The notes beneath the pieces were generated by a model that was not told where the DNA came from, ran no database searches, and saw only the letters and a program-made list of their open reading frames with translations. Below are positions 29,834 through 39,267 of a DNA stretch of 64,000 nucleotides, piece by piece; the stretch's first letter is position 1; every line of letters starts with the position of its first letter. The position numbers and the translations under genes are program-made. The stretch covers positions 1 through 64,000 of the forward strand of contig JBEGVH010000026.1 in assembly GCA_041178425.1 (NCBI GenBank), given 5' to 3'. The stretch is from Pseudomonadota bacterium (GTDB taxonomy: Bacteria; Bdellovibrionota; Bdellovibrionia; Bdellovibrionales; Bdellovibrionaceae).

Positions 29834-31101
29834 GCCAGCCCCTCGAGAACCGCCCAATGAGGACGCTTCCATGCAGTGAAGGCTTTGAGGATTAAGATGG
29901 GCCCAAAAATTAACCAAAAGAAAAGAATGCCCAGTTGGTGCTCCTCAGGATGTAGGTTTTCAACAGCAGAAAGAGCAAGAAGAAAGACCAAAAATGAGAG
30001 GGTAACGACGAAGAAAATTGAGTAGCGCTTCAAGACGAGAGTGCCGTTGAGGATGACGGTGGCCAGAGCAAGGAGCGTAGAATTGAAGAGAAGAAGATTG
30101 TTGTTGATTGATGGTTCAATAAAAAAAAGAAGAAATAGATGAGTTCCCAAGCCAACACCGAGCAACTCTATTATGGCTGCCACGTAAAAATTGAAACAGA
30201 GATTCCGTTTCTTGTTAAATAGATCGATCGGGTTATGAGATAGACTGTGCATGGTTTTCTGCAGGTTGAGGTGTATATGTGGCGAGAGGCGAGTGGTGTA
30301 GTAAATCGAAATACCAACTGCAGGAAGCATTCCTATAAAGGAGAGGGTGTTGAAGTGAAGCTCCGATTCGCCCCGAAAGATGATCATGAGTTTGTCTCCC
30401 CACAGAACAATTCCTAAAAGCAGTCCCAAGAATGCATGTTTAAAGTAATCTCTCTTCACCAACAGTTCCAAGGCACCTTTTCGCTGGGTGCTGATTTGAA
30501 AAAGTAAAGTGAGTGCCATGACAAAAGGAGGTAATAAAATTTGGCTGGGCCAAAGGTAACTGGTGAGGGTGTAGAGAAACCAACAAACAATACACAATAG
30601 CCATCGTTTTCTGACTGATACATAAATCATCAGTTGAAAGGCGAGTCCATGAAGAGCCATTAATGCTGTAAAAAAGAGAATGCTGTCCGGGGACCAACTG
30701 TATTTTGAAGATAAGATCAATCCAATCAAGAGGACAAGAAGAAACCCAGTGATAAACGTGGAAGGAAGGTGAGACAGTAGTTTTGCCTCGATGATCGTTT
30801 TTCCTTGATTGAAGATGTCATCGCCAAGACTCTTATTGAGAGGAAAACACATGATTTGAGAACAAACGGGAAGGGCGTAGGCAAGCAGGAGAAAAAGAGT
30901 ATAAAACGTTTGGTTGCCCGAGAAACTGTTTTGATAGTGGGAGCCGTTGGACTGATGAATAATAAAAAAAGAAATAAGCGGAGCAATGGCAGCTAAGGGC
31001 GACAAATAAAATCGACGGCCTCGACCGAAACTAAAGGCGGGGCGAGAGTGAAAATCATTGGTAATCGCAGTCGTTTTTTGCATCGTCAAGGGCATACACA
31101 T
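29830..31101 (-). CDS. PelG-like polysaccharide export membrane protein
   Basis: About 11-12 TM segments; FPLNKSLGDDIF and GIVLWGDKLMI resemble PelG (F.RF..D.LF; G.W.DK..F); first gene of the pelF-like operon; start uncertain (31083-31185). Confidence 0.6.
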   Translation of the reverse strand: MCMPLTMQKTTAITNDFHSRPAFSFGRGRRFYLSPLAAIAPLISFFIIHQSNGSHYQNSFSGNQTFYTLFLLLAYALPVCSQIMCFPLNKSLGDDIFNQGKTIIEAKLLSHLPSTFITGFLLVLLIGLILSSKYSWSPDSILFFTALMALHGLAFQLMIYVSVRKRWLLCIVCWFLYTLTSYLWPSQILLPPFVMALTLLFQISTQRKGALELLVKRDYFKHAFLGLLLGIVLWGDKLMIIFRGESELHFNTLSFIGMLPAVGISIYYTTRLSPHIHLNLQKTMHSLSHNPIDLFNKKRNLCFNFYVAAIIELLGVGLGTHLFLLFFIEPSINNNLLLFNSTLLALATVILNGTLVLKRYSIFFVVTLSFLVFLLALSAVENLHPEEHQLGILFFWLIFGPILILKAFTAWKRPHWAVLEGLA

Positions 31102-31270
31102 AATTGGCTTGGCTCTCCGTTTTGATCTTCGATGTATTCGAGAACAAAAAAAAAGAAAAGAGGGGAGATGTTGAGATTTTGTCACATAAAGAAAACTAAA
31201 TTAAAATATTCTAAGTTTTCTCTTAAGCGATTCAGTAGTAGCGAAACCTTCACATAGGAGACTCAGAGAA

Positions 31271-32911
31271 ATGCAAAAAAAAAGTTTTAGGAATCGATTT
31301 CAATTATTGGTACTGTTGACTCTCGTCGCGCTACCAAATTTAGCACTGGGGGTGATAAACCATGACCTTTTGCCCGTGGGTAAATACAATGGGTTTACAA
31401 ACTCATTAGGGAGAAAAACGGTCTTTCAGTCACCTGGTTACGTGAGTGTTGCTAAAAGGGCTGATCAGTCAATCGCTGTGGAACTCTGGCGCTCTCAAAA
31501 AAACGGGGGGCTTAGTCGTATTGTTGCCGCCACGATTGTAAAACAGGGATCGGCCTACAGTTGGAAGAATACAGATGGCCAATCATTGTTGCTTGAGAGC
31601 GATGGGTCTTGTTATCAGACCGACGAGAACAAGAGGGTCGTTGTGCGCCTTTGCGCAAAGCAGTCAGAACTGAGTCTGGAGTACCAGTCGGGTGAAAAGC
31701 AGTCGAGAGAAGGACTTCTTTTTCATGGCCGTATTCATGGGTTCATCAAGGACAAGGCCTTCTATTTAAGTGAGATTCCGCAATTCGCAGCATTGAATAA
31801 CTTCGATGCACGCACGCGCTTGCAAATGTTAAAATTAGCGCAATTGCAAACTAAACTGAGTCATGAGAATCTTTATCCTCACCTCACCCTTGGGACAGTA
31901 GTCAATTCGGCCTCGGCAGGGGTTGGTATTGGGGCTCTTACTTTGCTTGGCGATCTCGTTCCCTTTCTCTTTCCGACGCGTTGGATACATGTGCATGAAA
32001 ACAGGGGCCTTCAGAATGCCCAAGCATGGAGCTTGACCACCTACAGGCTTGACGCCGCAGTGACCACGCAAGGGATCGCGCTTCTTTATCTCCGTGATCG
32101 AGCGATTGTGGAAATAATGAAAAATCAAATTCATGAGATCACAAAAATTCGTAACTTAACAAAAGAAAAAGAAGATCTTGGTTTTACTCCTCCTGGGTCT
32201 GTGGATAATCTCGATGCTCTTTTGGCGGCACTCAAACACGATTCACTCATTCTCGAGAACGCAAATGTGAATCAAAAAAGCCAGGTGGCGCTGAGTATGG
32301 GATTAAGTAGCCCTAGTAATCTAGGAGAGCTGGTAGATAACGTTCCCATCGATGATCGAAGGATGATCCTAATGGATGAGTCTTATCTTATGCGAAAGGC
32401 CGTTGAAAGCTCAACCGAGGTTAAGGTTATTGCAAGCCTCATCGAGGCCGCGCGGCAGAGTGCTCGGGGCCGTTATTTCAACTGGATTGATCCTTATGCT
32501 GATATTCAAGGGGGTTTAGGCCTGGGAACCGGCACTTTTATCGATATAGGGCACGTAAAGGTTTCGGAATTAGAAGTTCAAAAACAACAATCCTTGGCGG
32601 CTGTTGAAAATAAGATAGAAACGCTTTTGAACGAGAGACGATTAATTCTGGAGGCCAAAGAGGCTGCGAGTAGTAATGTGGAGATAAATACCCGCAAATT
32701 GAAGCGTCTCATGAAGACCCTCAACTCAGATCCCAATTTTGATAATATGAACATGGTTTTTGCTCTAAAAGATTTAACGAGCGCGAGAATCCAAATGGCC
32801 ACACTCGACTATGCGCAAAAGTCAGTGACCTTCGGAATCCAACGCATGAGCCTTACGGGTGATTACGAGAAAATTCTTAGCTTGGAGAAAAAGAAAGGTA
32901 AAATTTATTAG
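31271..32911 (+). CDS. TolC-family outer-membrane efflux protein with extra N-terminal beta-domain
   Basis: AGGAG RBS, signal peptide, two helical OEP-like repeats (AQLQTKLSHENLYPHLTLG; SLIEAARQS...). Confidence 0.65.
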   Translation: MQKKSFRNRFQLLVLLTLVALPNLALGVINHDLLPVGKYNGFTNSLGRKTVFQSPGYVSVAKRADQSIAVELWRSQKNGGLSRIVAATIVKQGSAYSWKNTDGQSLLLESDGSCYQTDENKRVVVRLCAKQSELSLEYQSGEKQSREGLLFHGRIHGFIKDKAFYLSEIPQFAALNNFDARTRLQMLKLAQLQTKLSHENLYPHLTLGTVVNSASAGVGIGALTLLGDLVPFLFPTRWIHVHENRGLQNAQAWSLTTYRLDAAVTTQGIALLYLRDRAIVEIMKNQIHEITKIRNLTKEKEDLGFTPPGSVDNLDALLAALKHDSLILENANVNQKSQVALSMGLSSPSNLGELVDNVPIDDRRMILMDESYLMRKAVESSTEVKVIASLIEAARQSARGRYFNWIDPYADIQGGLGLGTGTFIDIGHVKVSELEVQKQQSLAAVENKIETLLNERRLILEAKEAASSNVEINTRKLKRLMKTLNSDPNFDNMNMVFALKDLTSARIQMATLDYAQKSVTFGIQRMSLTGDYEKILSLEKKKGKIY

Positions 32912-33065
32912 AGATTTCGGAGGGGGTGTGTTCATCTGATAGAGTTCCATCCTCTCCCCTCTGGGGACCCCTATCAATCGCGTTGCGTCGATTGACTTAT
33001 ATTTGGTGAAATTAAAAGAATTCTATAATTAGCTTCTGTTCGAATATTCTCGAGGGGATGGGTTT

Positions 33066-33509
33066 ATGAAGTTAATAATCGGTATTTTAGTTATTTTGGC
33101 GCCGCTGATGAGTCATGCGGTTGAATGTCCTGATTTGAGCGGAAAATATAAAAGCGAGAATTCATTGGGAGTAACAGTCATGCTGATGGTCACTCAGGAG
33201 GGCTGTGAGCGACTAACGATGGATTTTGACTACGGTCATCGAATGATGGTTACGAGAACACTTATTTTTGACGGTGTTCAGCGGTTAGTGTTCTCGAGCT
33301 CTGAGTCGCGAACCTATGAAACTGATTTAATTACGTCAGAGGGAATTATTTACGAGAGTCTCGATGAATACACTCTTAGCAAAGCGGTCTATTTTTCGCG
33401 AGGAACGATCGTTCTTGATGATAACAAAAATCTCAATGAATCCGTCGACGTGTACAATGATAAAAATCAGTTATTAAAGACGAATAATACCACCTTTTCT
33501 AGACAGTAG
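33066..33509 (+). CDS. Exported hypothetical protein
   Basis: GAGGGG RBS; signal peptide SHA|; CPDLSGKY N-terminus. Confidence 0.75.
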   Translation: MKLIIGILVILAPLMSHAVECPDLSGKYKSENSLGVTVMLMVTQEGCERLTMDFDYGHRMMVTRTLIFDGVQRLVFSSSESRTYETDLITSEGIIYESLDEYTLSKAVYFSRGTIVLDDNKNLNESVDVYNDKNQLLKTNNTTFSRQ

Positions 33510-33555
33510 GAACACTTCGGGATCAGATCCTTTTTTAAAAAATGAGGTTTGTAAT

Positions 33556-33957
33556 ATGAAAAAATGGAAGTTTCTTTTCGGAATGGCAATCGCGCTAGCA
33601 ACTTCCATCGCCTACGCTGATTGTCTCAAGAATAGCTTTGGCAAAACGGTTTGCGGACGGGGGCCCTGTGTTCAAGATCGCCGAGGCGAAGTGCATTGTG
33701 CTCCTGAACCTGCAGGGGAGTGTCTTGCCGATAGTTATGGAAAGGTCACGTGCGGAGCAGGGAAATGTACGGCAGATCAAAAGGGAATAGTTCACTGTGC
33801 TAATACCATTGGCGGGCAGTGCCTCACTGACTCCTATGGAAAGGTCAACTGCGGCAAGGGGTCTTGTTTGACGACATCCCAAGGTAAGGTGGAGTGTTCT
33901 CAGAGTGCCAATGGCAACTGCCGCGCGGATGCAAGTGGCAAGCTAAGCTGCGATTGA
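33556..33957 (+). CDS. Exported Cys-rich tandem-repeat protein
   Basis: Signal peptide AYA|; repeats CL.DSYGKV.CG.G.C..D..G.V.C three times plus a partial copy. Confidence 0.8.
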   Translation: MKKWKFLFGMAIALATSIAYADCLKNSFGKTVCGRGPCVQDRRGEVHCAPEPAGECLADSYGKVTCGAGKCTADQKGIVHCANTIGGQCLTDSYGKVNCGKGSCLTTSQGKVECSQSANGNCRADASGKLSCD

Positions 33958-34250
33958 GTCCAAAGGTGCCGCATTTCCGAATTCAATAAAGCAATAAATT
34001 CATCATGGGAGTATTCACTCATTCCAAATAGCATGCTAAGTTTTAGCGATTGTGTCGGATCTGAATGTTCTAACTCTTTTAAAATTGGTTTGTTTCTTCG
34101 GTTTTAAATAAAATTCGACTATTCATCGAATGCATAGAATTATTCTAAGGCTTTTGAAAGCCGTAAAAATCTTGTTACTTTCAAAAAAGCTATGATACAC
34201 CGCTTCTCAAGTTGAAGAGATAAACAAACATTATTTTGGAAGGAAGATTT

Positions 34251-34835
34251 ATGAAAACGTTATTGACTAGCTTGGTGTTGTCTTTGTTGTCGATTGCAAG
34301 TTGGGCCTCAGAGGAAGTGGCGATGGTTGACGTTCCCATTGAAGAGCAAGTGGTGCAGTCGATCGAGTTTGCGGGCAAACCAGGAGCAAAAGCGCAGGCG
34401 GCTCTTATTAAGATGGACGATTCTGCAGAGATAAGCGTTTTAATTACCCATCAGTATGCTCAAGACTCCAGACATTTTGTCGCTGTCGATAATTCGAAAT
34501 TGGGCATTTACGCAACCGAGATCGCAGGGAACGAAACTGTTTTGTCGGTGAATGGTGCCGGATCTCTCGAAATAAATCAGCAAAACAGTGCGCTAGGTAG
34601 AGATCGCTGGGAACGCACAATCACTGTAGCCTATCGCAACGGAAAATACGTACTGGCTGGTTTTACGTTTTCTTACCGAGATACCTTAAATCCTGCCTCT
34701 ACTGGTCATTGCGATTATAACCTAATGAGTGGTCGCGGTCTTTTTAATGGAAAAAAGGTGCAGCTAAAAACAAAAAATATTGATTTTGAATCATTGGAAG
34801 ATTCAGAAAAGCTTTACAGTTGCCAAGGTTGGTAA
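34251..34835 (+). CDS. Exported hypothetical protein
   Basis: GGAAGGA RBS, signal peptide SWA|; GRDRWERTITVAYRNGKYVLAGF. Confidence 0.75.
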   Translation: MKTLLTSLVLSLLSIASWASEEVAMVDVPIEEQVVQSIEFAGKPGAKAQAALIKMDDSAEISVLITHQYAQDSRHFVAVDNSKLGIYATEIAGNETVLSVNGAGSLEINQQNSALGRDRWERTITVAYRNGKYVLAGFTFSYRDTLNPASTGHCDYNLMSGRGLFNGKKVQLKTKNIDFESLEDSEKLYSCQGW

Positions 34836-34857
34836 TGTAGGTTTGTCAATGCGGACG

Positions 34858-34898
34858 AAGTGTGGCTGTGTTTATGAGGAGCACAGCCACTTTTCATT
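34858..34898. terminator. Terminator between convergent genes
   Basis: GTGGCTGTG-loop-CACAGCCAC followed by TTTTCATTTT. Confidence 0.7.
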
Positions 34899-34903
34899 TT
34901 GTT

Positions 34904-35653
34904 TTACCACATGTATCCGATCCGAAAGCCCGTGGCCGTTTTTTTAGCCTTCGTTACTGAGTTCCAAACAAGGTCTACAAAGCTGTGCTCAATGCCATAG
35001 TAAAAGCCTGGCGTTGTCGAGGCCAGTCCCACTGAGGTCATGGTGTGCTCTCCAGAGTCGGCATAGGGCCCAAACGAACCTGAAGCGTTTGTCACGGTGG
35101 TTGAAGTGTTGTGCTTGTCGGTCACGTAGGACGCGTAGGCCACAACAGTCGGAAATTGGTAGCCAATGCTAATGCCGGTTTCTGTGGTTTTTATTTTTGC
35201 GGTGGATGTGGCTGTAAAAGCTTGGCTCGTTTTAGAGGTTTCATCGGTGCGATCGCTGATTCCCGCTTGAACTGCTCCGACCCATCCAAAAGGAGCCCGT
35301 AGAAATTGCCAGCGAACACCATTGACCGTGTTTCCAATAAAAACATCGACTCCCGAGATAAGAGTGAGGTTGGCGTTGGGTTCAAGGTTTGACACAGAAG
35401 AACCACTCAGTATTCCCTCGATGTCTTCAAAGTGTACGCCCGATCGAAGCGGAGGATTGTTGGTGATGTCGTCAACAACAGTCACTGGAGTGACATTGTT
35501 TGATGCTACCGAAACACTGCCCGATAAAAACTCCTGACCGGTCACCGGAGAAAAAAAGGTGTTGTTATTAAACTCAATAGTATGCGCACAAGCCAAAGAG
35601 GCTAAACTTAGTAGTGCCAATAATACTCTGCTCATTAGTTGAAACCCCATCAT
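34904..35653 (-). CDS. Putative outer-membrane beta-barrel or lipoprotein
   Basis: Signal peptide (LAC), beta-strand pattern, C-terminal GFRIGYMW. Confidence 0.6.
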   Translation of the reverse strand: MMGFQLMSRVLLALLSLASLACAHTIEFNNNTFFSPVTGQEFLSGSVSVASNNVTPVTVVDDITNNPPLRSGVHFEDIEGILSGSSVSNLEPNANLTLISGVDVFIGNTVNGVRWQFLRAPFGWVGAVQAGISDRTDETSKTSQAFTATSTAKIKTTETGISIGYQFPTVVAYASYVTDKHNTSTTVTNASGSFGPYADSGEHTMTSVGLASTTPGFYYGIEHSFVDLVWNSVTKAKKTATGFRIGYMW

Positions 35654-35737
35654 GTATGTTACCGCCTTTTCAGCAGCACTGTAACGAGCAATTCATGAGG
35701 TGGCAAAAGAACCTTTCGATTGATGCCCTATGGTCAA

Positions 35738-38203
35738 TTAATAAGGTTGGTGCTTGCAAAAGGGAGCTTTGGGGTCGCGAGTGCACAAATAAAGGCGCAG
35801 ATCGGCGTTGTCTTTTTCAAGCCGCTCAATCTTTCGCTGTAGGATTTGTTGCTCTGACAGGATGTTTGTGATCGAAAGTTTGAGGGTCTCCCATTCGGCC
35901 TTGATAGATTGAAATTGGGTTTCGACGACGTTGAATTTACCAACGAGCGCTCGGAAGGCCTCAATCAAGGGGGCAAGAAGGTGAGGGTAAGACACTCGCT
36001 TGAGTTGAGTTGTTTCGTCTGTTGTTACCACTTCAGGAAAGATTTTTTCAACCTCTTGAGCGATCAGGCCAATCTGAGGGCCTTGACCATAGGTTGCGGG
36101 GTCTCTCCATAAATAAGATTTGCCATGCAATTGCAGAATTTTATCGAGAGAATTCTCGAGGGGGTTGATTTGTGTTTTGAGGCGTTCGTCAGATGAAGCC
36201 GTACAACCACCGGCGGTACAGATTTGAGCTCCGCCAATACGAAGAGAGCCTTGCGCATTGATGGGGCCAGCCACATCTAATTTATACTGAGGTGTCGGCG
36301 TGTCGATGCCTACGTTCCGAGACGTCTGTAGCGCCAAGAGCGGATTGGGCGAATTAGGATTATTAGTTACATCCATAAAAATAGGTCGCTCGAAGGCCTG
36401 GATTCGGAGTCGATCATAACTGGCATTAGTTTCATAAAAGATGGTGCCTTTGGGAATTAGGCCTTGGGTGATTCCAAGACCAACGCCGCCCGTGCCATTG
36501 CCTGCGCGACCTATGCCCACCGACCATCCGTTGATTGAAGAAACGAAACCCGGAAAGTTTGTTCCGTCCACTCTTGTTCCCGGAGAGGAGAGATAGTCTC
36601 TTGCGGTTTGGAGGTCTCCACTAATCACCGTGTTTCTAAATAGGCCTGAATACACACCTCGACCGTTGACGGTGAGCTTGGCTTCGGGGTTAAAGAGTCC
36701 GCCCCCAATCCCGACGTTGCCCGTGTCTCCACGCACGAGCATCGGGGTGCAAAGTTCATAATCAGCACCGCAATTCGTGGTGTTCATGGGGTTTGGTTGA
36801 TAAATCTGAAAGATTAAATCATTTTTGTTGTAGGCCTTCAAAACAAGAGCCCCAGGCACTCCCCCTCGCCCAACAACATCTCCCCAATAAACACCACCGA
36901 GGGTGGGATTGGGTCGGCCAGCGGGTGGTTTATCAGTCATAAAAAATAAACCGAATGCATCCGAAGCTCTGCCAAGCCCCATCCATTTTCCATCTTTATA
37001 AAATGTAGCGATTCCAACGTTATCCATTCCTGCGGGCGACCCTGGTGCACTCAAAAGTTTTGCTATGTGGTCGGGGTGTGCTGAAATAAAAGGGCCTGTG
37101 GAGAGCGTCATCTGCGCGCTCTTTTTAGTTCTTACATAGAGAGCTCCGTCGCATGCTGCTCCATTGTCGGGACACGTATCGACAACGAGGGGGCGTTCAC
37201 CATAGGTGCGCAAATTAATGGCCCCCGTAGCAAACCCCATCTGCGTCCATCCAGGCGTTGGATTGGGGTAGGCAATCATCGAGTACATTCCCCGGTTTCT
37301 GTAGTTAACAGCCACACCCGCCGCTGTGCCGCTGGAGTGCTCACCAAGTGCCACGCCTAGTCCGTTTAAGCCGTTGAGGCCACCGATTGTAATTCCATGT
37401 CCTAAACTCCATTGGGTTTGCGCTTGGGCGATCCCATTTTTATCGCCGAGGAACAAAAGATTTTCTCCGTAAATGTTTCCGGTGTTAAAGATGGTTGGCA
37501 GTTTAGTCCAATCGCTGGCAACGGCGAGCCGCAGGTACAAGCATGAGGGAATTTTAGTAGAATCGTATCTTCCACCCAAAAGCTCGCACACTCGTTTCGG
37601 ATCATTGGTGTCGACAGAACAATCAAAAAAAGTTCCATCAGCCTTGGTGATAATAGCGAGAGCCACTCGACCTCTCACAACTTTTCCCCCGAGGTTGTCG
37701 TCTCCTTGTTTTGTGCCAGTGATCGTCATTTGAGTGAGGTAGTACTTAAAGTCACCTATGACGCCGTTTTCGTCGGGATACTTAAAATCAATGGGTCCAT
37801 CTTTTTTGGCTTCTATTTTGGCCGTGATAAGGTACTCAGAATTATTGAGCCCCAAAAGCACATTCTTTTTACCCGAATCAACAATCCCGATGTCATTCAC
37901 TTCAGCGCCTGTGTACTTATCGAGGGGAATTGTCGCGCTTTGCGGTCGCACGATACTATTTTTGCAGACTCTTTGTTTAGCGGCATTTTCTGCAGCGGTC
38001 GGAGGTCTTGCCAAGGTGAGAGAAACAAGGTTTTCAACAGCCTGCAAATCGTTACCAATTCGCATGTGTTTTAAACTCTGAAATCCCATGTTCGACATAG
38101 AAGCCACGGCATAAAGAATAATCGCCGAAACACCCACAACCAAGGAGAGCTCAATCAGGCTCACCCCTTTTTGTGACTTAATTCCAAAAAGTTCTTTACG
38201 CAT
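35738..38203 (-). CDS. Prepilin-type N-terminal / tail-fibre protein with C-terminal peptidase S74 chaperone domain
   Basis: GAGGG RBS before ATG 38203; KG|VSLIELSLVVGVSAII class III signal; GNVGIG/RNVGIDT.TPQYKLDVAG repeats; SSDERLKTQI..LENSLDKILQLHGKSY.W, GLIAQEVEKIFPEVV, then coiled coil. Confidence 0.85.
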   Translation of the reverse strand: MRKELFGIKSQKGVSLIELSLVVGVSAIILYAVASMSNMGFQSLKHMRIGNDLQAVENLVSLTLARPPTAAENAAKQRVCKNSIVRPQSATIPLDKYTGAEVNDIGIVDSGKKNVLLGLNNSEYLITAKIEAKKDGPIDFKYPDENGVIGDFKYYLTQMTITGTKQGDDNLGGKVVRGRVALAIITKADGTFFDCSVDTNDPKRVCELLGGRYDSTKIPSCLYLRLAVASDWTKLPTIFNTGNIYGENLLFLGDKNGIAQAQTQWSLGHGITIGGLNGLNGLGVALGEHSSGTAAGVAVNYRNRGMYSMIAYPNPTPGWTQMGFATGAINLRTYGERPLVVDTCPDNGAACDGALYVRTKKSAQMTLSTGPFISAHPDHIAKLLSAPGSPAGMDNVGIATFYKDGKWMGLGRASDAFGLFFMTDKPPAGRPNPTLGGVYWGDVVGRGGVPGALVLKAYNKNDLIFQIYQPNPMNTTNCGADYELCTPMLVRGDTGNVGIGGGLFNPEAKLTVNGRGVYSGLFRNTVISGDLQTARDYLSSPGTRVDGTNFPGFVSSINGWSVGIGRAGNGTGGVGLGITQGLIPKGTIFYETNASYDRLRIQAFERPIFMDVTNNPNSPNPLLALQTSRNVGIDTPTPQYKLDVAGPINAQGSLRIGGAQICTAGGCTASSDERLKTQINPLENSLDKILQLHGKSYLWRDPATYGQGPQIGLIAQEVEKIFPEVVTTDETTQLKRVSYPHLLAPLIEAFRALVGKFNVVETQFQSIKAEWETLKLSITNILSEQQILQRKIERLEKDNADLRLYLCTRDPKAPFCKHQPY

Positions 38204-38394
38204 ATTGACCCTCATGTCTCCCATTGTTTCATTGAACAATTTGGGAATGGGGGCCGTCTAGATCTAATAATTAATAAGCGATAAGGTTCTCATTTCGAGA
38301 TGCTTATCTCTTATTAAAAAGTGGCTAATGCCAAAGTGATAAAAAATTGTTTTTTAGAACCTCAAAATGAGGCACAAAATTCAAAATAGTCTGT

Positions 38395-38979
38395 TTAAAA
38401 GTTGGTCGAAATATTTAGAATCCGATGGAGTCCTGAAACTCTAAGAAAGCTCATCACCTCTGAATTAACACCGGTGAGTTGTAGGCGCTCAGTCTTAGGT
38501 GTATTTTCAGTGGATGAGATTGGTCTTGGAAAACGAAAGTTGAGTTGTTTATTGATCATAAATAGAGTTCCCGCCGTTTCGGCGGAGATTTTCGAAACAG
38601 CGCTCATATCGATCTGAATTTGACCGTAAGGATCGCGAACCAATTGCTCGAATTCTTGGGTGTTCAAGAGATCTCTTATTAATTCTCCCAGACGGTGCGC
38701 ATCGGATTCAGGTCTTGGCACAGAATGAGGACTGTCCAAGTTATCGGCAAGGGTGCTCTTTAAGTACCATTCGCGGTTTTTAAGGGTGATTTTGAGGGTG
38801 GAGCCCTGCAAGTCGATATCCGCAAGACCTGCGGTGTCGAGCATTTGAAGAGAGCGATCGCTGCGGAGATCTTGAATACTGTTTATGCACTTTGGCGAGG
38901 CGGCTAGAACACTCACTGAAGCTGTTGCTGTGGTTATGAGGGTCATCCAAAAGACGAGAAGGGGCTGCGACCGAATCAT
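38395..38979 (-). CDS. Exported protein with C-terminal STAS-like domain
   Basis: GGAGG RBS; signal peptide; IQIDMSAVSKISAETAGTL...LQLTGVNSEVMSFLRVSGLHRILNI. Confidence 0.6.
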   Translation of the reverse strand: MIRSQPLLVFWMTLITTATASVSVLAASPKCINSIQDLRSDRSLQMLDTAGLADIDLQGSTLKITLKNREWYLKSTLADNLDSPHSVPRPESDAHRLGELIRDLLNTQEFEQLVRDPYGQIQIDMSAVSKISAETAGTLFMINKQLNFRFPRPISSTENTPKTERLQLTGVNSEVMSFLRVSGLHRILNISTNF

Positions 38980-39020
38980 AGAAAAACCTCCAGATTAAAC
39001 GTTTAAGAATAGAATTTGTT

Positions 39021-39036
39021 TACAAAGCTTGTGCCA
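39021..39036 (-). promoter_or_regulatory. sigma54-like promoter for the STAS-like gene
   Basis: TGGCACAAGCTTTGTA (-12 element GT instead of GC). Confidence 0.45.
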
Positions 39037-39180
39037 CTTCTGAAGCTCAATCAAAGACGGCGTTCATAGACCTAGTCGCTCTGAATCAGACAAAAATGTG
39101 GTGCGAGTGACAGAATTAGGCACTTTTTTTTTGAACGCAAAATCCTTCATTTGCCAATGAGGACAAACAAATCGTATTTA

Positions 39181-39196
39181 TGGTCTTGATATTGCA
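39181..39196 (+). promoter_or_regulatory. sigma54-like promoter for the gene at 39268
   Basis: TGGTCTTGATATTGCA, GG-N10-GC. Confidence 0.5.
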
Positions 39197-39267
39197 AAGA
39201 TCTTATTTTCGAGCGTGAAGCTAAGTAATAACACTTTCGGCCACAGTTTAACTGAGGAAGCATTTGT

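Noticed and set aside
35738..36200. Prophage suggested by the tail-fibre S74 domain
   Set aside because: No integrase, capsid, terminase or other phage genes nearby; S74 fibres are host-encoded in this lineage
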